Positions 50,237 to 60,936 of a DNA stretch of 64,000 bases are shown here, one piece after another. Both the position numbers and the translations under genes were made by a program. Numbering within the stretch: position 1 is the stretch's first letter; each line of letters starts with the position of its first letter. Source of the stretch: a virus; the IMG/VR virus record IMGVR_UViG_3300045988_124082, one strand, 5' to 3'. The notes below the pieces were generated by a model. It did not search any database, had not been told where the DNA came from, and saw only the letters and a list, made by a program, of their open reading frames with translations.

Positions 50237-50452
50237 ATGAGAAGATTAGCATTTCTTGATTATGGTACAAAAGTAGTAGATACAATTACTGGTTATTGTG
50301 GTATTGTGACTGCTGCTGCACATTATTATGACAAGTGTCCGAATCGGTATTACATTGAAGGTATCGACAGTACAGGGAGACCTTGTGGAGATTGGTTTGA
50401 TGCAGAAAGGTTAGAAGTAGAAGAGGAAGTAAACAATGATAGTTCAAAATGA
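50237..50452 (+). CDS. Hypothetical protein
   Basis: RBS AAAGGAG. Confidence 0.6.
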   Translation: MRRLAFLDYGTKVVDTITGYCGIVTAAAHYYDKCPNRYYIEGIDSTGRPCGDWFDAERLEVEEEVNNDSSK

Positions 50453-51434
50453 TTTAATTGAATTGATCAAAGACTCTGTAGTGAACATGACCAAAGATGA
50501 GGCAAAAGAGTCTGGGCTACCACAGTTTAGTTATTCCAAACTTGATGTATTACACCAATGTAATAGAAGATATAAACTGAAATACGTAGACAAAAACTAT
50601 TCAAAAAGTTCAACAATCCCTTTGGAATTTGGTAGTTTATTACATAGAGTTTTAGAAGAAAAAGGAAATATGATTCTCTCTGGGGAAGAAGTTGATTATG
50701 GAAAGCTTAGAGAGATGCTTAATGATGGGGTTCCAGATGAAGAACTCCTTGGAGTTAAGGGTCTTGCAGGTAAATATTTAATGGACTTCTATGAGGGAGA
50801 CAATGCAACTGGAAGGAACTATCCTGAAAAGGCATACTTGTTTGAGACACAGGTATTGCCAAGTAGAATGGAATCAGAAGAATGGCATCCGATTTGTACG
50901 GAACAGCCATTCTTTTTTAGTTTCGATGGGAAAATCGTTTTACATGGATTCATTGATAGAGTGGATCAGGATGCAGATGGGAATCTAAAAGTTATTGATT
51001 ATAAGACATCCAAGAAGGTGTTTTCAGAAGACAAATTGAAGACTCCATTACAGATGTTTATATATGATCTGGCCTGTTATGCATTATTTGATAAGATTCC
51101 AGTTGCTCACGAGTATGACTTTATTTGTATTGATCAACAAGTAACAGAAGAAGATGGTGTGTGTACAAAAGGCTATTTCAAGAGAGGACTTAAGAAATTG
51201 AGAAACCTTCTTGAACATGAGGAACAGATCACAAAAGATAATGATTTTGCTCCAAATGCAACTCCATTATGTTACTGGTGTGATTTTGCAGGTCATACAC
51301 CGAACGCTGATCCGACATTGAAAGGTATGTGCCCTTATTATTCTTTATGGACGCCTACTCAGAAGACGTTTAAGGTTAATGCTCGGTATGAAGAGAAGCA
51401 AGATATTAGTTCAAATAGAAAGTTTATTTTCTAG
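50436..51434 (+). CDS. PD-(D/E)XK nuclease, Cas4/RecB-like, with a C-terminal Cys cluster
   Basis: GFIDRVDQDADGNLKVIDYKTSKK; QMFIYD; CYWCDFAGH...CPYY. Confidence 0.75.
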   Translation: MIVQNDLIELIKDSVVNMTKDEAKESGLPQFSYSKLDVLHQCNRRYKLKYVDKNYSKSSTIPLEFGSLLHRVLEEKGNMILSGEEVDYGKLREMLNDGVPDEELLGVKGLAGKYLMDFYEGDNATGRNYPEKAYLFETQVLPSRMESEEWHPICTEQPFFFSFDGKIVLHGFIDRVDQDADGNLKVIDYKTSKKVFSEDKLKTPLQMFIYDLACYALFDKIPVAHEYDFICIDQQVTEEDGVCTKGYFKRGLKKLRNLLEHEEQITKDNDFAPNATPLCYWCDFAGHTPNADPTLKGMCPYYSLWTPTQKTFKVNARYEEKQDISSNRKFIF

Positions 51435-51442
51435 GAGATAAC

Positions 51443-52845
51443 ATGGCAGATTTAGAATTTTATTCATTACACAATCATACTGAGTATTCAAATATCAGGT
51501 TAATTGATTGTATCAATAAGATTCCTATGTTAATCAAAAGAGCGGTTAAATTGGGCATGAAAGGAATTGCAATCACTGATCATGAAACATTAAGTGGTCA
51601 TATTCAGGCAATGATTTATGTTCGTGATGAGAAAAAGAAAGGTAACATTCCCAAGGATTTTAAATTGATTCTTGGGAATGAAATCTATCTAGTCAATGGA
51701 ACCGCAGATTACATAAAGGAAAATTTTAAAGCTGGAAATGGAAAGTTGTTTTATCATTACATTCTTTTAGCAAAGGATGAAATTGGTCATAGACAGCTTA
51801 GAGAATTGAGTTCAAATGCATGGGACAGGTCTTTTCAAACAGGAAAAATGACAAGAGTTCCAACTGAGAAATCAGACCTTGAGAAGATCATAAGAGAGGA
51901 ACCGGGTCATTTGATTGCATCGACAGCTTGCTTAGGCGGAGAGCTTCCTACTTTGATTATGCAGATGGAAGAAGCTCAAAACGAATTGGAATTATATGAA
52001 GCCAAATGTAAAATTGATGATTTCGTTCGATGGAACATTGATTTGTTTGGTGAAGATTTCTTCTTTGAAATGCAACCAGGAGCATCTGAAGAACAGGAAA
52101 AGGTTAACAAGTGGTTACTTAAATTATCAGAAGTTTATGGTGTTAAGTGTATCATAACAACCGATTCACATTATTTATCTAAGAATTCTCAGATGATTCA
52201 TAAAGCGTATTTGCAAAGTAAAGAGGAAGAAAGAGAAGTAGATGATTTCTATCAGACTACATATTTAATGGAAATTCCAGAAATGTACGATTACATGAAG
52301 TACTTTGACAAAGAAACTGTAACAGAAGCTATCAACAATACAGCGATCATTGGGAACAAGATTAAAGAGTATTCATTAAGTTGTTCTACGATCGTCCCTG
52401 AAGCAGAAGTACCAAAATTTGAAATAGAAAATTATTTTGAAAAATATTATCAGAGATTTACAACACTGCAGGAATACGCAAATAGCAGCAACATCTATGA
52501 CAGATATCTGTTGTACTTAATTGAAAAGGGATATCAGAAGAAAGAAATTCATGCAAAAGTTCGCAGGAATGACTTTACCGAAGAGCAAAAAGTAGAACGA
52601 ATAGCTATTGAATTACAAGAGATGGCATTAGTTACAGAGAAGATTAAGTCAAGTATTTCTTCCTATTATATATCAACCTTAGAACTAATCAATATCATGT
52701 GGGAAGAGGGAGATAGTTTAGTAGGAGTAGCCAGAGGATCAGTTACTGGTATGTATACAATGTATTTAATTGATTTAATACAGATGAATCCTTTAGATTG
52801 GGGATTGCCTCATTGGAGACATATTTCCCATGAGAAAGCAGAGTT
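51443..52845 (+). CDS. dnaE: DnaE-type DNA polymerase III alpha subunit, exon 1 (PHP domain)
   Basis: HNHTEYSNIRLIDC...GIAITDHETLSGH. The exon ends within ...HEKAELS. Confidence 0.75.
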
Positions 52846-53878
52846 ATCGGATTTGAAAAAGTCCGCTTATATAGTGATATATATGACAAAATGTGGTGAA
52901 CTTACAAATGTAAGGTGTGCGAAAGTGCTAACGGTATCAGTTAAATAAGGCAAGGCTCGAATACGCTGACTAAGAGAACCTACGGTCTTGAAAGAGATAG
53001 CAGGCAATACCGTGCTAAGAATAATGTTAAATCTGTCAAAAGGCAGGTGTTAAGAAATAGAAGATTCAATAAGTTATATTTATTCTATTACAAATAAAGT
53101 TACAGGATATATTTATGTAGGATCAACATCAAGAAGTGTTGAAGAAAGAACGAATGAACACTTTAGACAAGGAATGTTACAAAAATGTCCTAATTCAGAA
53201 TTTTATAAAGATATTCAAAAATATGGAAAAGAAAATTTTGAAATAAAACAATTAGACGAATGCTTTACAAGACATCGTTATGTAATAGAAGAATATTGGT
53301 GGAAGAAATTATATAAAGAAAATTATTTAATGTATGAAATTAAGATGGGAAATAGCCATAGCAAAAATACAAAACAACGGATTGCGATTGCTAGGAACCG
53401 TCAAGACAGAATTGACTTTTATAATTCAGAAGAGTTTAAGGTTAAAACCAGTTTGAAGACTTCAGGAGAATTAAATGGTATGTGGGGCAAGAAAGATGAA
53501 CAAGCCATAAACGGAAGAATGATATGTGCATTCCATGATAAAGAACATACACAAGTTTTTAAGATTTTCAATTCTGTAAAGACTGCATTAAATTACATAG
53601 GCATAAAAGGACATGCTGGGCTATTAAAAGCTTGTAGAGGAAATGAATTATACCATGGTTACTATTGGACGAAAGAATGGATTGATAGATAGATTTAACA
53701 TTATTAAAGTGTAACGACTAAATTGGACAAACTTATAAAACTGTCCTAAGAGGAATAAGGTGAAAGTCCTTATCTGTAGTGCCACACACGAGAAATCCTT
53801 GTATAAGCAAGCCAATGGATTAACATTGGGTGATGAGATAGTCTAGTCCGTACAGAAATATCACGAAAGTGACGGTAG
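52846..53878 (+). mobile_element. Group I intron (1033 nt) with a GIY-YIG endonuclease ORF
   Basis: ATCGG is duplicated at both junctions. Only the 52845|52846 and 53878|53879 pair gives a 5' exon ending in T and an intron ending in G. GCTAACGG at 52927 and GAGATAGTC at 53835. The spliced product reads AELS-VDIDSQKNR (compare the DnaE PDIDIDF motif). Confidence 0.65.
53054..53692 (+). CDS. GIY-YIG homing endonuclease (intron-encoded); start codon unresolved
   Basis: The GIY-YIG core SYIYSITNKVTGYIYVGSTSRSVEERTNEH lies upstream of the first ATG (53174) but in the same open frame, which begins after the stop at 53051. Only ATA/ATT candidates follow AGGTG. Confidence 0.6.
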   Translation, partial: EIEDSISYIYSITNKVTGYIYVGSTSRSVEERTNEHFRQGMLQKCPNSEFYKDIQKYGKENFEIKQLDECFTRHRYVIEEYWWKKLYKENYLMYEIKMGNSHSKNTKQRIAIARNRQDRIDFYNSEEFKVKTSLKTSGELNGMWGKKDEQAINGRMICAFHDKEHTQVFKIFNSVKTALNYIGIKGHAGLLKACRGNELYHGYYWTKEWIDR

Positions 53879-55017
53879 ATCGGTTGATATTGACTCACAA
53901 AAGAATCGTAGAGAACAAATTATCTCTGCTGTAAAAGATCGAAAAGGAGAAAGAAGAGTATTAAATTGTTGTACATTCAAAACAGAAGGTAGCAAATCGG
54001 CTATTTTAACTTCATGTAGAGCTTTAGGAATTGATCCAGATACTTCTAGTTATTTGGCTGGAATGGTGCCAGTAACAAGAGGTGCTACATGGAGTTTACA
54101 TGATTGTATATACGGAAACGAAGAAAAAGAACGAGAAGCAGTGCCGGGGTTTGAGAATGAAATGAGAAGTCATGATCAATTACTTGATATTGCAATGGGA
54201 ATTGAAGGACTAATTTGTGGAAGATCTATTCATGCTTCTGCAGTATATGTCTTTAATGAAGATTTTATTGCTCACAATGCTCGAATGAAAGCCCCAAATG
54301 GAGTGTTAACCACTCAGTTTAATATGGCTGATTCAGATGAGTGTGGTGGGTTAAAGATGGATTTCTTAACGATTGAAGCGCTTGACAAGATCCGCCTGAC
54401 AATGGAACAGCTCATTGATGCAGGGTATATGGAATGGCAAGGATCTTTAAGAGAAACGTATGATAAATATCTTCATCCAGATGTTCTTGATTATGAAACT
54501 AGAGAAATGTGGGATTGGGTAGCAGAAAACAAAGTTGTGGATCTGTTCCAGTTTAATACACAGACTGGGTTACAGGCCGCAAGGCGTATCCAACCTCATA
54601 GTTTAGAAGAATTGGCTGCAGCAAACTCTATTATGAGACTTATGGTAACAGAAGAGGGAGCTGAACAGCCGATTGATACTTATATTAGATTTAAAAATGA
54701 TATTGGCCAATGGTATGACTTGATGAAAACGAAGTATCATTTGACTGATCATGAAATTGAAATTTTAGAGAAATACCTCAAATCCAATTATGGTGTAGGT
54801 GATACTCAGGAAATTGTAATGGAAATCAGTATGGATAAAGAGATTGCTGATTTTAGTGTTGCTGATAGCAATAAGCTGAGGAAAAGTATTGCAAAGAAGA
54901 AACCAGCTTTACAGCAAGCAATGAAAGAGCAATTTTTTGAGAGAGGAAAAGAAAACCATGCTTCAGATAATCTGTTGAACTACGTTTGGAAAGAAGTTGT
55001 AGGGAAACAGCTTGGGT
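53879..55017 (+). CDS. dnaE: DnaE-type polymerase, exon 2
   Basis: The frame is open from the junction (the track starts it only at 54054). Ends ...VVGKQLG. Confidence 0.7.
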
Positions 55018-55268
55018 TAAATGAAGGCTCAAGTAAAACTCAGGAAACACAAGCAAAAGTGGTGTCTGTTGTATACAGGCTAACGGTGGACAACCAGTAT
55101 TGGTCAATACCGTGCCGAGCTTAATTGAAGGTGTAGAGACTGAAGTAGGCAGAGATTAGCACTGTTGAATGCGCTGAGATAGGGTGATCAATGTCTGAAG
55201 CAATAAATATGATCACTCAAGATAGAGTCCAATCCCTTTAAAATACTAGGTAACTAGGGGTATTAATG
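55018..55268 (+). mobile_element. ORF-less group I intron (251 nt)
   Basis: P1 pairs exon CTTGGGT with GCTCAAG (55027-55033), including the terminal U-G pair. AGAGACTGAA is R-like and AAGATAGAGTCC (55219-55230) is S-like. The intron ends in G. Splicing restores QLG-Y-SFSKNHTYPYSAIGLQELNLAYHYP (compare the DnaE GYGFNKSH motif). Confidence 0.75.
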
Positions 55269-56707
55269 ATTCATTTTCTAAGAATCATACCTATCCATAC
55301 AGTGCTATAGGATTGCAGGAGTTAAATCTTGCATACCATTATCCGATTATTTATTGGAATACAGCTTGCTTAACCGTAAATGCAGGAGCTGATGAAGAAT
55401 CCAAAGGATCTAAGCAGTCCACAGATTACGGAAAAGTAGCAACGTCTATAGCACAGATGCAGAAGAGAGGTATTAAAATTCAAGCTCCACTGATTAACAA
55501 AGCGGAATTAGGATTTAAAGCCGATGAAGAGAACAATGCAATCTTATTTGCATTAAAGAGTATTTCAGGAATCGGTGATGATGTAGTAGAAATTATAAGA
55601 CAAGCAAGGCCATTCGCTTCATTCGAAGATTTTTATGAAAGAATGGTTGCCACAAAGCTAGTCAAAACAGGTCAGATGATTCAGTTGATTAAAGCAGGTT
55701 GCTTTGATGAATTTGATGAAAACAGAGTAGATTTACTTTATACGATCGTAAGATTATGTAAATGTAATCTAATCTCAAGTCTGACTAAATCACAATTGAA
55801 TCGTATGCAGGAATTACAATTTATGTATCCAGAGCTTAATCTTATTCCAGATGAAGTTTTAGATGGAATTCAAGTATACAATTTCTCACAGTATGTAAAA
55901 GAATTGAAAGTTGTAAAGAAATATATTGATCCGTCAAGAAAAATGTTGAAGTGTGGCTATCATGATGAAATCATTGAACTAGATGATAGAGCAATGCAAT
56001 TTTTCATAAATCACTACACAGAAGATTCCATCTATGACGTTAAAGATGAACATTACTTGATTTACAAAAAGAAATTCAATAAAGAAACTGAAAAGAAATT
56101 AGAGTCTCTTAGAGAATATCTGGCTAACCCGAATACATTACTTAAGTATAATAAAGCTCTCGTGAAAGATGAAGCCAAAAAAGTGGTTACAGGAACCACA
56201 TCTCATATGGAAATGGAATCACTGTGTGTTTATGTACATGAACATGAATTGGCAGACCTTAACAGAGATGAATTTAATATTGTCAATTTCTTTAATCTTT
56301 CAGAAGAACCAGTAGTTGCATCTACGTATAAAAGAAAGGTTAAGAGGGTTGAGAACGGACAAGAGATTCAAGAAGTCAAAGAGTTTCCTAAGTATTTCAT
56401 TAGTAAAATCTGGGGAACTGTCTTAGACAAGAATAAAGATCGACATACGGTTACATTATTGACCCCTGAGGGAGTTGTAAATGTGAAATATACTAAAGGA
56501 GCTTTCCTACATTATAACAAGAAGACCTCAATGGAAGAGTCTTGGTTCAAGAGAGGTCAAATGATAATGGTTACGGGGTATCGCAATGGCGATATGTTCA
56601 GATGCTATAACTATGGAGACACAATCTTCAAACATACTACATCATTGATTACAAACATCGGAGAGAAAGGAGTAGAGGTAATGACAGAAAGGATGAGAGA
56701 AGCATGA
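55269..56707 (+). CDS. dnaE: DnaE-type polymerase, exon 3
   Basis: The total spliced length is 3981 nt, i.e. 1326 codons plus a stop, with all frames consistent. Confidence 0.75.
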
Positions 56708-59004
56708 GATGTATAGGAAAAGCAGTTAAAACTATACATAGGAACAATGATTCTTATTTTACAATTGCTTCCTTTGATCTTGTAAAAGAGATCGATGGTG
56801 AAGTTGAAATTCATCCAATATATAAAACATTTACAGTAGTCGGTATCATGCCATATTTAATGGAAGATGCCGACTATGAAATTTCAGCCACAGAAGTAGA
56901 AAATAAGAAATATGGAAAGCAGTATCAAGTTAATTCGATCAATTTATATTTACCAAATGGAATTGAAAGTAAAGAAGGTCAAAAAGAATTTTTAGATATT
57001 ATCTTTACAAAACTTCAGGTAAAAGAAATGTATGAGGCATTAGATGATCCATACATGACATTGAAAGATGGTGATATATCTTCATTGGTCAAAGTTAAAA
57101 ATTGTGGTATGAAGACAGCAGTTGCTTGGATTGATAAGTTCAAAACATATATGCCATTATCAAACGCAATGAAAGAGCTTAGTGAATATGGTTTGACAGA
57201 AGCGTTATTAAGAAGAATTGTAAATCATTATAAATCATCTGATATTGCAGTTGAGATTATTCAAAATAAACCATATAAGCTTATTGAAGTCAATGGTGTT
57301 GGATGGCACAAGTGTGATGAGATTGCTATGAAAGGTGGCTTAAAGCCCGATTCACCAGAAAGAATTGGTACTTACATATTATATTATCTCCAAGAGAGAG
57401 CGAATGAGGGATATTCATATATTCCTGCGGATGCTAATACAGAGATAGAGAATGGTATTGTCTCAAAAACTCAAAAGCCAATCAATTTTATTGATACAAT
57501 GATAGAGTTTTTTGGAGATGATATTTCAGATGAGGCACTAAAAGGTGGTTTAGATTATGTAAATGATCAACTATGGTTTAGTGACGATCGTAAGTTTGTA
57601 GGACTAAAAAGGATCTATGATCTAGAAATGAGCGTTGCTGAGAACCTAATTAGGATAAGAGATGGAGAAAACGATTTCAAGTATTCTAATTGGGAAGACA
57701 TCATTAAGCAAAAGGAAATTGATCAAGGTTGGGAGTACAATGAACAACAGATTAAAGGTATTAAAGCAGTCTTAGAGAATCAAGTAGTTGTTATCACAGG
57801 TAAAGCTGGTACTGGTAAATCATCAATTGTAGATGCTATGATCGCTGTTTTACAGGGTTATTCATATGCACAAACGGCCTTAAGTGGACGAGCTGCAGCA
57901 AGAATGGCTGAAATTACACATGAAGAAGGATATACAATCCACCGTTTGTTAGGATTTCCTAAAGGAGATCGTGATCACGGTGGTTTTGTTTTTCACGAAG
58001 ATAATAAATTACCAAGAGATATCATCATTTTGGATGAAGTGTCAATGGTAGACGGAGAATTGTTTAACAGGCTTGTAAAAGCAATTAAAACAGGATCAAA
58101 GTTAATCATGTTAGGAGACACAGGACAGCTTGAATGTATTGGTTGTATGAACATAGCGGCTGATTTAATTGCATCAAAGGAAATTGTTTCTATTGAATTA
58201 AGCCAGATCCACAGACAGGCTGCTAATTCAGGAATTATTACAGAGAGCATAAAAGCCAGAGAGGGTATTCAACTTATCGAAAAAGATTGGATTGGAACCG
58301 AGGTTAGAGGTAAACTTAATGACTTGGTTTTAGATTGCTTCTCAGATAAAAGTAATACGTTTTATAAGATAATGCAACATGCTTCATCCGAACTTGAAGA
58401 TGGAACAGACATTATGGATCTTATGGTAATTGCTCCATCGTATAAAAATGAGTCAGGTGTAGACAATTTAAATGCAGCTTTACAATCACTGTACAATCCA
58501 GATAGTCCTGAAAAGAAGGAAGTGTTTGTACAAAAGAGTTCTAAAGCTTGGATACTTCGTGAGGGAGACAAGATCATCAATGTGCAGAATGATTATTATG
58601 CAAAGAATAAATTTACTGCAGGAATCTTCAATGGGAATATAGGAGTTGTTAAAAACATTGATATAGATGCTAATACAATTGCTGTTGATTTTCAGGATAT
58701 TCCGGGAATTATGATTCTTCCAAAGAAAAATTGGAAAGATTTAGAACTAGGATATGCAATCACTTGTCATAAAGCACAGGGATCTCAGTGTAAGAAAGTA
58801 ATTGTTGGATTGGATTTTGGATCATTTATACAGCTTTCAAGAGAATGGGTATATACAGCAATGACAAGAGCTATTGATAAGTGCTATATGGTTGCACAGA
58901 ATAATGCTCTTAGATATGCAGTAAGCAAGAATAGCATTTCTGTAAAGAGAACTCATTTAGTAAAGCTGTTGACCTATAAAGCTGCTAATAAATTTTCATT
59001 TTAG
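56704..59004 (+). CDS. RecD-like SF1 DNA helicase
   Basis: ITGKAGTGKSS; IIILDEVSMVD; MLGDTGQLECIG; AITCHKAQGSQ. Confidence 0.8.
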   Translation: MRCIGKAVKTIHRNNDSYFTIASFDLVKEIDGEVEIHPIYKTFTVVGIMPYLMEDADYEISATEVENKKYGKQYQVNSINLYLPNGIESKEGQKEFLDIIFTKLQVKEMYEALDDPYMTLKDGDISSLVKVKNCGMKTAVAWIDKFKTYMPLSNAMKELSEYGLTEALLRRIVNHYKSSDIAVEIIQNKPYKLIEVNGVGWHKCDEIAMKGGLKPDSPERIGTYILYYLQERANEGYSYIPADANTEIENGIVSKTQKPINFIDTMIEFFGDDISDEALKGGLDYVNDQLWFSDDRKFVGLKRIYDLEMSVAENLIRIRDGENDFKYSNWEDIIKQKEIDQGWEYNEQQIKGIKAVLENQVVVITGKAGTGKSSIVDAMIAVLQGYSYAQTALSGRAAARMAEITHEEGYTIHRLLGFPKGDRDHGGFVFHEDNKLPRDIIILDEVSMVDGELFNRLVKAIKTGSKLIMLGDTGQLECIGCMNIAADLIASKEIVSIELSQIHRQAANSGIITESIKAREGIQLIEKDWIGTEVRGKLNDLVLDCFSDKSNTFYKIMQHASSELEDGTDIMDLMVIAPSYKNESGVDNLNAALQSLYNPDSPEKKEVFVQKSSKAWILREGDKIINVQNDYYAKNKFTAGIFNGNIGVVKNIDIDANTIAVDFQDIPGIMILPKKNWKDLELGYAITCHKAQGSQCKKVIVGLDFGSFIQLSREWVYTAMTRAIDKCYMVAQNNALRYAVSKNSISVKRTHLVKLLTYKAANKFSF

Positions 59005-59016
59005 AGAGGCAATTGT

Positions 59017-59223
59017 ATGAATATAAATATACCTGAGGATGTTCTTATGTATGACCCTTTTTGCATTGCTTTAGTATACGATGTCTCAGCAAATGAGGTA
59101 CAAAAAATATTTCATAATTATGTAAAAAAATATGGGAACATGCTTTCACGTAAGGAAATATATGACCTTGTCAACTCGTATGTAAGTCTACATAAAGAAG
59201 ACATGGAAAAATTAAATTTTTAA
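59017..59223 (+). CDS. Hypothetical protein
   Basis: RBS AGAGAGG. Confidence 0.6.
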   Translation: MNINIPEDVLMYDPFCIALVYDVSANEVQKIFHNYVKKYGNMLSRKEIYDLVNSYVSLHKEDMEKLNF

Positions 59224-59231
59224 ACAAATTA

Positions 59232-59263
59232 GGACTCGATGTAAATACATCGGGTTCTTTTTT
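59232..59263 (+). terminator. Rho-independent terminator
   Basis: ACTCGATGTA-aa-TACATCGGGT followed by TCTTTTTT. Confidence 0.75.
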
Positions 59264-59289
59264 AATTTACAAAGAAAAGGAGAAGAAAC

Positions 59290-59424
59290 ATGACAACAGA
59301 AACAAAAATCACATTACTAAAAAGCAGAGTGGAACTTTTAAAGAGTAGAGGTACTCAGTGTAGTAGAATCATTGCTAAACTTCAGAGAAAAATTAGAAGT
59401 CTGGAGGGTTGTGCAAATGATTAA
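59290..59424 (+). CDS. Unlisted 44-aa ORF MTTETKITLLKSRVELLKSRG...
   Basis: RBS AAAAGGAGAAG. Overlaps the next gene's start (ATGATTAA). Confidence 0.45.
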   Translation: MTTETKITLLKSRVELLKSRGTQCSRIIAKLQRKIRSLEGCAND

Positions 59425-60700
59425 AATTGAACATCCAGTATTTCCAAGTCCTGAGCAGATGGATTTTATTATTGAAGGTATGCGTAATGCAAAGAACAGT
59501 TGGAAGCTAAGTGATAGTTTCAAATGTACAGACACTAATGCGTGTCAAGACTGTCCCTCAAATGGCGGAGATAGATGCAGATCTTTCGATCCTATTAGAG
59601 GAATGGTTTTAGGAGACAAAGATTTCGCTTTAATGGAAAAATTAGCCAAAGCAGGTACCGATCACAGAAAATACCTAAGAATGATGCAGGTAGGAGTAAG
59701 AATTACAGCACCCTTGTATTTTTATAAAGAACTAGATACATACAAGGTTGGTACGGTATGTAATTCATGTAGTACAATGCATAAAATCGAAGCAAAAGAA
59801 TTTACCTTAGATGATTTTAGCTGTGAGCATCTTGTAGAAGATAATGATATACATGAAGATATCAGTGTTCCAGACGGAGAAGAATATATTTATTATGCTC
59901 CAAAAGATATATTACAGGAATGGATTATACCAAGTCTAAACAAATGCAGAAACGTGTTCCTTGACACAAAGAATAAAGTTTGGTGGTGGCAGATGATTCA
60001 ACTACTTCCATCAAGCTATAATCAGACACGTAATTACACGTTTACATACGAAAATCTAATTAACATGTACTTCGCAAGAAGAAATCATAAATTGGATGAG
60101 TGGAGAATCTTCTGTCAGTGGATGTTAGACAATGTGCCATACTTCAAAGAATTAGTAGATTACATAGAAAAAGGAGACAACAAAGTGAGCAAAGGAATTA
60201 AGTTTAGTTACGTAGGAAAAGACGAAAAAGTAAAATCATTAAAAGAGTTCTTCTCTGCAGAAGGATTTAAAGTACCAGATGAGGAATTAGCTGCAATGAC
60301 CGTAGAACTTCCTAAGAGAGCTACAAAAGGATCTGCAGGATATGATTGCTATAGTCCAATTGGTTTCTGCTTAGAACCTGGACAGGAAATTAAATTACCT
60401 ACATTGCTTAAGGCATATATGCCTCAGGATATTTTCTTAGGAGCTTATCCAAGAAGTGGATTAGGATTTAAGTATTATGCAAGATTAGCTAACACAGTTG
60501 GTATCGTTGACAGCGACTATGCTGATAATGAAGGCAATGAGGGTCATATCTTTGTAAAGATCAGAAATGAAGGAGACAAGCCTATGAGTATTAATCCGGG
60601 AGATGGTATTTGTCAGTTTATTTTCCAGAAGTATTTTACAACAGAAGACGATGAAGCTGAAGGAACTAGAGAAGGCGGTTTTGGTAGTACAGATAAATAG
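59417..60700 (+). CDS. dut: Fusion protein: diverged ThyX-like N-terminal domain (tentative) plus a C-terminal dUTPase
   Basis: dUTPase motifs GSAGYDCYS, PRSGLG, GIVDSDY, GDGICQFIF and REGGFGSTD. The N-terminal ~270 aa resembles the ThyX layout but lacks RHR/SxRY. An internal GTG at 60186 behind AAAGGAG could also start a stand-alone dUTPase. Confidence 0.7.
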   Translation: MIKIEHPVFPSPEQMDFIIEGMRNAKNSWKLSDSFKCTDTNACQDCPSNGGDRCRSFDPIRGMVLGDKDFALMEKLAKAGTDHRKYLRMMQVGVRITAPLYFYKELDTYKVGTVCNSCSTMHKIEAKEFTLDDFSCEHLVEDNDIHEDISVPDGEEYIYYAPKDILQEWIIPSLNKCRNVFLDTKNKVWWWQMIQLLPSSYNQTRNYTFTYENLINMYFARRNHKLDEWRIFCQWMLDNVPYFKELVDYIEKGDNKVSKGIKFSYVGKDEKVKSLKEFFSAEGFKVPDEELAAMTVELPKRATKGSAGYDCYSPIGFCLEPGQEIKLPTLLKAYMPQDIFLGAYPRSGLGFKYYARLANTVGIVDSDYADNEGNEGHIFVKIRNEGDKPMSINPGDGICQFIFQKYFTTEDDEAEGTREGGFGSTDK

Positions 60701-60708
60701 GAGGCCTT

Positions 60709-60921
60709 ATGGACAATCATGAAAGAAATGATATCCATATAGGCTGTGCTATGGCTCTAGTTTTAGGAATCATTTGGATATTAATCTGGTTTGCAATCTA
60801 TTCTATATTAGCAGCAGGAATGTTGTGGGTACTTACATTGATTGCACCAACTGTTACATTTTCAATTAAATTTGTACTTATAGTCGGAGTGTTGTTGGCA
60901 ATCCTTCGATTTATTTTGTAA
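60709..60921 (+). CDS. Small membrane protein
   Basis: Two hydrophobic helices; RBS TAGGAGG. Confidence 0.65.
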   Translation: MDNHERNDIHIGCAMALVLGIIWILIWFAIYSILAAGMLWVLTLIAPTVTFSIKFVLIVGVLLAILRFIL

Positions 60922-60936
60922 GAAAGAAGTGATCAA

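Noticed and set aside
47785-55268. Inteins interrupting the helicase and polymerase
   Set aside because: The host reading frames hit stop codons shortly after each junction. The endonuclease ORFs are in different frames with their own RBSs, and the boundaries obey the group I U...G rule rather than Cys/Ser...His-Asn intein junctions.
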